From Chlorobiales bacterium (GTDB lineage: Bacteria > Bacteroidota > Chlorobiia > Chlorobiales > Chlorobiaceae), in contig JAKSDC010000019.1 of assembly GCA_022360275.1 (NCBI GenBank), positions 2,529 to 66,528 of the forward strand: a DNA stretch of 64,000 nt, in the 5' to 3' direction. Below are positions 60,993 to 64,000 of the stretch, one piece after another; positions within the stretch are counted from its first letter, which is position 1, and the number at the start of each line of letters is the position of its first letter. The notes below the pieces were generated by a model that was not told the origin of the DNA, ran no database searches, and was given only the letters and a program-made list of their open reading frames with translations. Position numbers and translations under genes: made by a program.

Positions 60993-61092
60993 TCTCATTG
61001 CAATTCAACAAATCAACAAGCATTACTACTTCTCCTGCCATTATTTAGGGCAATGTAAAACTGTCAACTCAGACAAAAGAACGATTTCAATT

Positions 61093-62304
61093 ATGAGTTT
61101 TCCACCCGTAAAAGAGCAGCTCGATCTTATCGTCAGTAACACCGTTGAAGTTATCAGTGAGGAAGAACTGGAACGGAAACTGACCAGAAGCTTTGAAACA
61201 CAAAAGCCGCTGAAAATCAAACTCGGTGCCGATCCTTCCAGGCCGGATCTGCATCTCGGTCATTCTGTGGTACTGAGAAAGCTCAGGGATTTTCAGGATC
61301 TGGGCCATGAAGCAACCCTCATTATCGGCGACTTTACAGCCATGATCGGCGATCCGTCAGGGAAAAGCAAAACCAGACCACAGCTTTCAGCTGAAGAAGC
61401 GAAACAAAACGGCCAAACCTACTTCGAACAGGCCTCGATCATCCTCGACCGGCAAAAAACAACCATATGCTATAACTCGGAATGGCTCGGTCGAATGACA
61501 TTCGACGATGTGATTCGTCTCTCCAGCCATTACACGGTAGCAAGGATGCTTGAACGGGATGATTTTGAAAAACGCTACCGGTTACGCGAACCGATCTCTA
61601 TCCATGAGTTCCTTTATCCTCTCGCCCAGGGAATGGATTCGGTCCATCTGCGTAACGACATCGAGCTGGGTGGAACAGATCAGAAATTCAATCTCCTTGT
61701 AGGCCGTGACTTGCAACGCGAATATGGCATTCAACCTCAGGTTTGTATAACAATGCCGCTCCTTGTCGGCACCTTCGGTGAGGAGAAAATGTCGAAATCA
61801 CTCGGCAACGCGATCTGTTTCAATGACTCCGCTGAGGATATCTACGGAAAAACCCTTTCCATTCCTGATGACTTGATCGAGACCTACTTCACTCTTCTGT
61901 TGCCAAGCCCGGCCCAATCTCTGGAACTGTTTCGTGAAATCATCAAGCAAAATCCGAGAGAGGCCAAAAGAGCCCTCGCGAAAGAGATTGTATCGATTTA
62001 CCATTCCGCAGAACTTGCAGGAAAAGCGGAAGATCATTTCGACCGGGTTTTTGTTCATAAAAAAGCGCCTGCCGACATAGAAGAGTTTACCTTTGAGACC
62101 GCATCGATCCCACTGGTGAAGCTTCTGGTGGAGCTGAAGGCCGTTTCATCAAAGAGTGAGGCCCGTAGACTCATCAGCCAGAATGCAGTTCAGATAGACG
62201 ACACCAAAGTCGATGATATCAACTTCGAGGTAGTGCTCGAAAAAGCCCCAAAGATCATAAAAGCAGGCAAGCGAAAATTTTTCAAAGTTGCATTGAAAAA
62301 ATGA
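61093..62304 (+). CDS. tyrS: Tyrosyl-tRNA synthetase
   Basis: HLGH (HIGH), GGTDQ, KMSKS and C-terminal S4 domain. Confidence 0.97.
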   Translation: MSFPPVKEQLDLIVSNTVEVISEEELERKLTRSFETQKPLKIKLGADPSRPDLHLGHSVVLRKLRDFQDLGHEATLIIGDFTAMIGDPSGKSKTRPQLSAEEAKQNGQTYFEQASIILDRQKTTICYNSEWLGRMTFDDVIRLSSHYTVARMLERDDFEKRYRLREPISIHEFLYPLAQGMDSVHLRNDIELGGTDQKFNLLVGRDLQREYGIQPQVCITMPLLVGTFGEEKMSKSLGNAICFNDSAEDIYGKTLSIPDDLIETYFTLLLPSPAQSLELFREIIKQNPREAKRALAKEIVSIYHSAELAGKAEDHFDRVFVHKKAPADIEEFTFETASIPLVKLLVELKAVSSKSEARRLISQNAVQIDDTKVDDINFEVVLEKAPKIIKAGKRKFFKVALKK

Positions 62305-62380
62305 TATAGAATAATTCGGCTTTTTCCTATACTTGCTCAGTTTTGCAGCATTTTCATAATTCTATCCGGAGATCACTGCG

Positions 62381-62926
62381 TTGTCATTCGTGCCTGAAAA
62401 AGTATTTTTCACCAAAGGTGTAGGAAAACACAAAGAGTATCTTTCTTCCTTCGAGCTTGCGTTAAGAGATGCTAAAATTGAAAAATGCAATTTGGTAACC
62501 GTATCAAGTATTTTCCCTCCGAAATGCAAACGACTAAACGTTGAAGAAGGACTTAAACTCCTTTCCCCCGGAGAAATCACCTTCGCCGTCATGGCAAGGA
62601 ACTCCACGAATGAACACGGCCGCCTTATCGCATCATCGATCGGCGTTGCCCTGCCGGCAGACGAATCGCTTTACGGCTACCTTGCCGAACACCATCCTTA
62701 CGGCCAAACTTCGGAACAGTCGGGGGAGTATGCCGAAGACCTTGCCGCAACAATGCTCGCAACAACTCTTGGCATTGAGTTTGACCCCAACAAGGACTGG
62801 GACGAACGGGAAGGGATCTACAAGATGAGCGGCAAAATCATTAATTCATTCAATATCACACAATCAGCTGAAGGTGAAAACGGATTATGGACAACCGTGA
62901 TTGCCTGCGCGGTATTGCTGTCCTGA
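62381..62926 (+). CDS. pdaD: Pyruvoyl-dependent arginine decarboxylase
   Basis: [20 protein letters not shown] (Ser-Ser autocleavage site), GYLAEH. Confidence 0.9.
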   Translation: MSFVPEKVFFTKGVGKHKEYLSSFELALRDAKIEKCNLVTVSSIFPPKCKRLNVEEGLKLLSPGEITFAVMARNSTNEHGRLIASSIGVALPADESLYGYLAEHHPYGQTSEQSGEYAEDLAATMLATTLGIEFDPNKDWDEREGIYKMSGKIINSFNITQSAEGENGLWTTVIACAVLLS

Positions 62927-62951
62927 CAACGGCCGGGCACAACGACAATCC

Positions 62952-62978
62952 AAGCCGCCTTCATGGCGGCTTATGATT
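62952..62978 (+). terminator. Hairpin, probable terminator after pdaD
   Basis: aagccgcc-ttcat-ggcggctt followed by atgattt. Confidence 0.55.
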
Positions 62979-62979
62979 T

Positions 62980-63576
62980 ATGCAAGACATTCAGACGCTT
63001 GAAGAACTTATCATCTGGGGAGGCTATGCGCTGCTGTTTGCCATCGTGTTTGCCGAAACAGGCCTGTTTGCAGGTTTTTTTCTGCCCGGCGACTCTCTGC
63101 TTATAACTGCAGGTCTGATCGCGGCATCCGGTCAGCTCGATCTCTCCCTTGTCATTGCAACGCTTTGTTTCGGCGCCATTATGGGTGATTCAACCGGCTA
63201 CTTCATTGGCACACAGCTTCAGCGAGTTTTCCCGAACAAAAAAGAAACGCGGTTCTTCCGAAAAGAGCATCTCGATAAAACAGAACGATTTTATGAAAAG
63301 CATGGCTCCAAAGCGGTTTTTCTTGCACGCTTTGTTCCTGTAGTCAGGAGCTTTGCCGCCACGCTCGCCGGAGTTGCCGGAATGCCGTACCCGGTTTTTC
63401 TTTTTTACAGCGTATCGGGTTCTATCGTCTGGGTACTTTGTTTTACCTCGATCGGCTATTTTCTTGCTGCCCTGTTCCCCGATCTGGTTGATTTTGTACA
63501 TTACATTATTCTTGGGGGAATCTTCATTATCATTGCCAACTCGCTGAAGTATCTCAGAAAAAAAACAAACGTCTGA
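62980..63576 (+). CDS. DedA/VTT-family membrane protein
   Basis: [28 protein letters not shown]. Confidence 0.93.
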   Translation: MQDIQTLEELIIWGGYALLFAIVFAETGLFAGFFLPGDSLLITAGLIAASGQLDLSLVIATLCFGAIMGDSTGYFIGTQLQRVFPNKKETRFFRKEHLDKTERFYEKHGSKAVFLARFVPVVRSFAATLAGVAGMPYPVFLFYSVSGSIVWVLCFTSIGYFLAALFPDLVDFVHYIILGGIFIIIANSLKYLRKKTNV

Positions 63577-63601
63577 ACTCAGGCCCCAAAGACGCTGATC
63601 A

Positions 63602-64000
63602 ATGGTCTTAAAAATAGTACAACACTATCTTCCCGTAACCGTCAAAGGCGTTTTGATGGGTGCGGCAGACATTATTCCCGGAGTCTCCGGAGGCACCATT
63701 GCGTTTATCACAGGAATCTATGAAACCCTTATTGCTTCATTGAAATCGATAAACAGTTCGGCGCTGAGGAAATTGTTCCGCTTCGAGCTTCGTTCTTTCT
63801 GGAAAACCATCAACGGGAATTTTCTGTTGAGCCTGATTCTGGGCATCCTCATCAGCATCGTCACGTTGTCCAACACGATTGTTTTTTTGCTCGAGCACCA
63901 TACACTATTGCTGCTCTCGTTTTTCTTCGGCCTGATTATCGCATCGGCAGTGGTAATCATCCGACGGGTAAGAACACACTCTCCTGCGGCCTGGATGGCC
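63602..64000 (+). CDS. DUF368 membrane protein (3'-truncated by window edge; missing from the ORF track)
   Basis: My translation from ATG 63602 gives [27 protein letters not shown], the DUF368 signature; the frame stays open to 64000. Confidence 0.9.
   Translation, partial: MVLKIVQHYLPVTVKGVLMGAADIIPGVSGGTIAFITGIYETLIASLKSINSSALRKLFRFELRSFWKTINGNFLLSLILGILISIVTLSNTIVFLLEHHTLLLLSFFFGLIIASAVVIIRRVRTHSPAAWMA

Noticed and set aside
60927-61092. ssrA (tmRNA) next to smpB
   Set aside because: The gap is only about 165 nt and lacks the tRNA-Ala-like ends.

Overview
Mostly core chromosome of a green sulfur bacterium (Chlorobiaceae). The taxon is inferred from the nifH-nifI1-nifI2-nifDKENB-fdx-modE order, the group II NifD insertion and the protein content. 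Left part (1-18.7 kb): a Mo-nitrogenase cluster (nifH cut by the window edge) converging on a hypABFCDE hydrogenase-maturation operon, with a soluble hybrid histidine kinase between them. The rest: pyrB, two outer-membrane proteins, a two-subunit sodium:solute symporter, uvrC/aroE/lspA/tatD, an aminotransferase-PNP-mtnA operon, an orphan HPt protein, cydDC, purU, a PAP2/ArnT/GT2/flippase envelope-modification cassette, an MDR pseudogene, recJ, fbp, nadA, mreCD-mrdA, smpB, tyrS, pdaD, dedA and a truncated DUF368 gene. I saw no rRNA, complete tRNA, CRISPR array, transposase or phage gene. The best unexplained signals are non-coding or residue-level. (1) Four copies of a 114-142 bp palindromic element, in two size classes and both orientations, two inside the nif operon; its core resembles Rickettsia RPE-1 as I recall it. 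(2) Several families of degenerate 7-8 nt tandem arrays that fill operon spacers, sometimes as inverted pairs. (3) A PNP with N243D/H257I-equivalent substitutions next to mtnA, suggesting MTA/5'-deoxyadenosine salvage. (4) A perfect 22-bp operator-like palindrome in front of the symporter. All family assignments come from motif recognition by eye; no searches were run.
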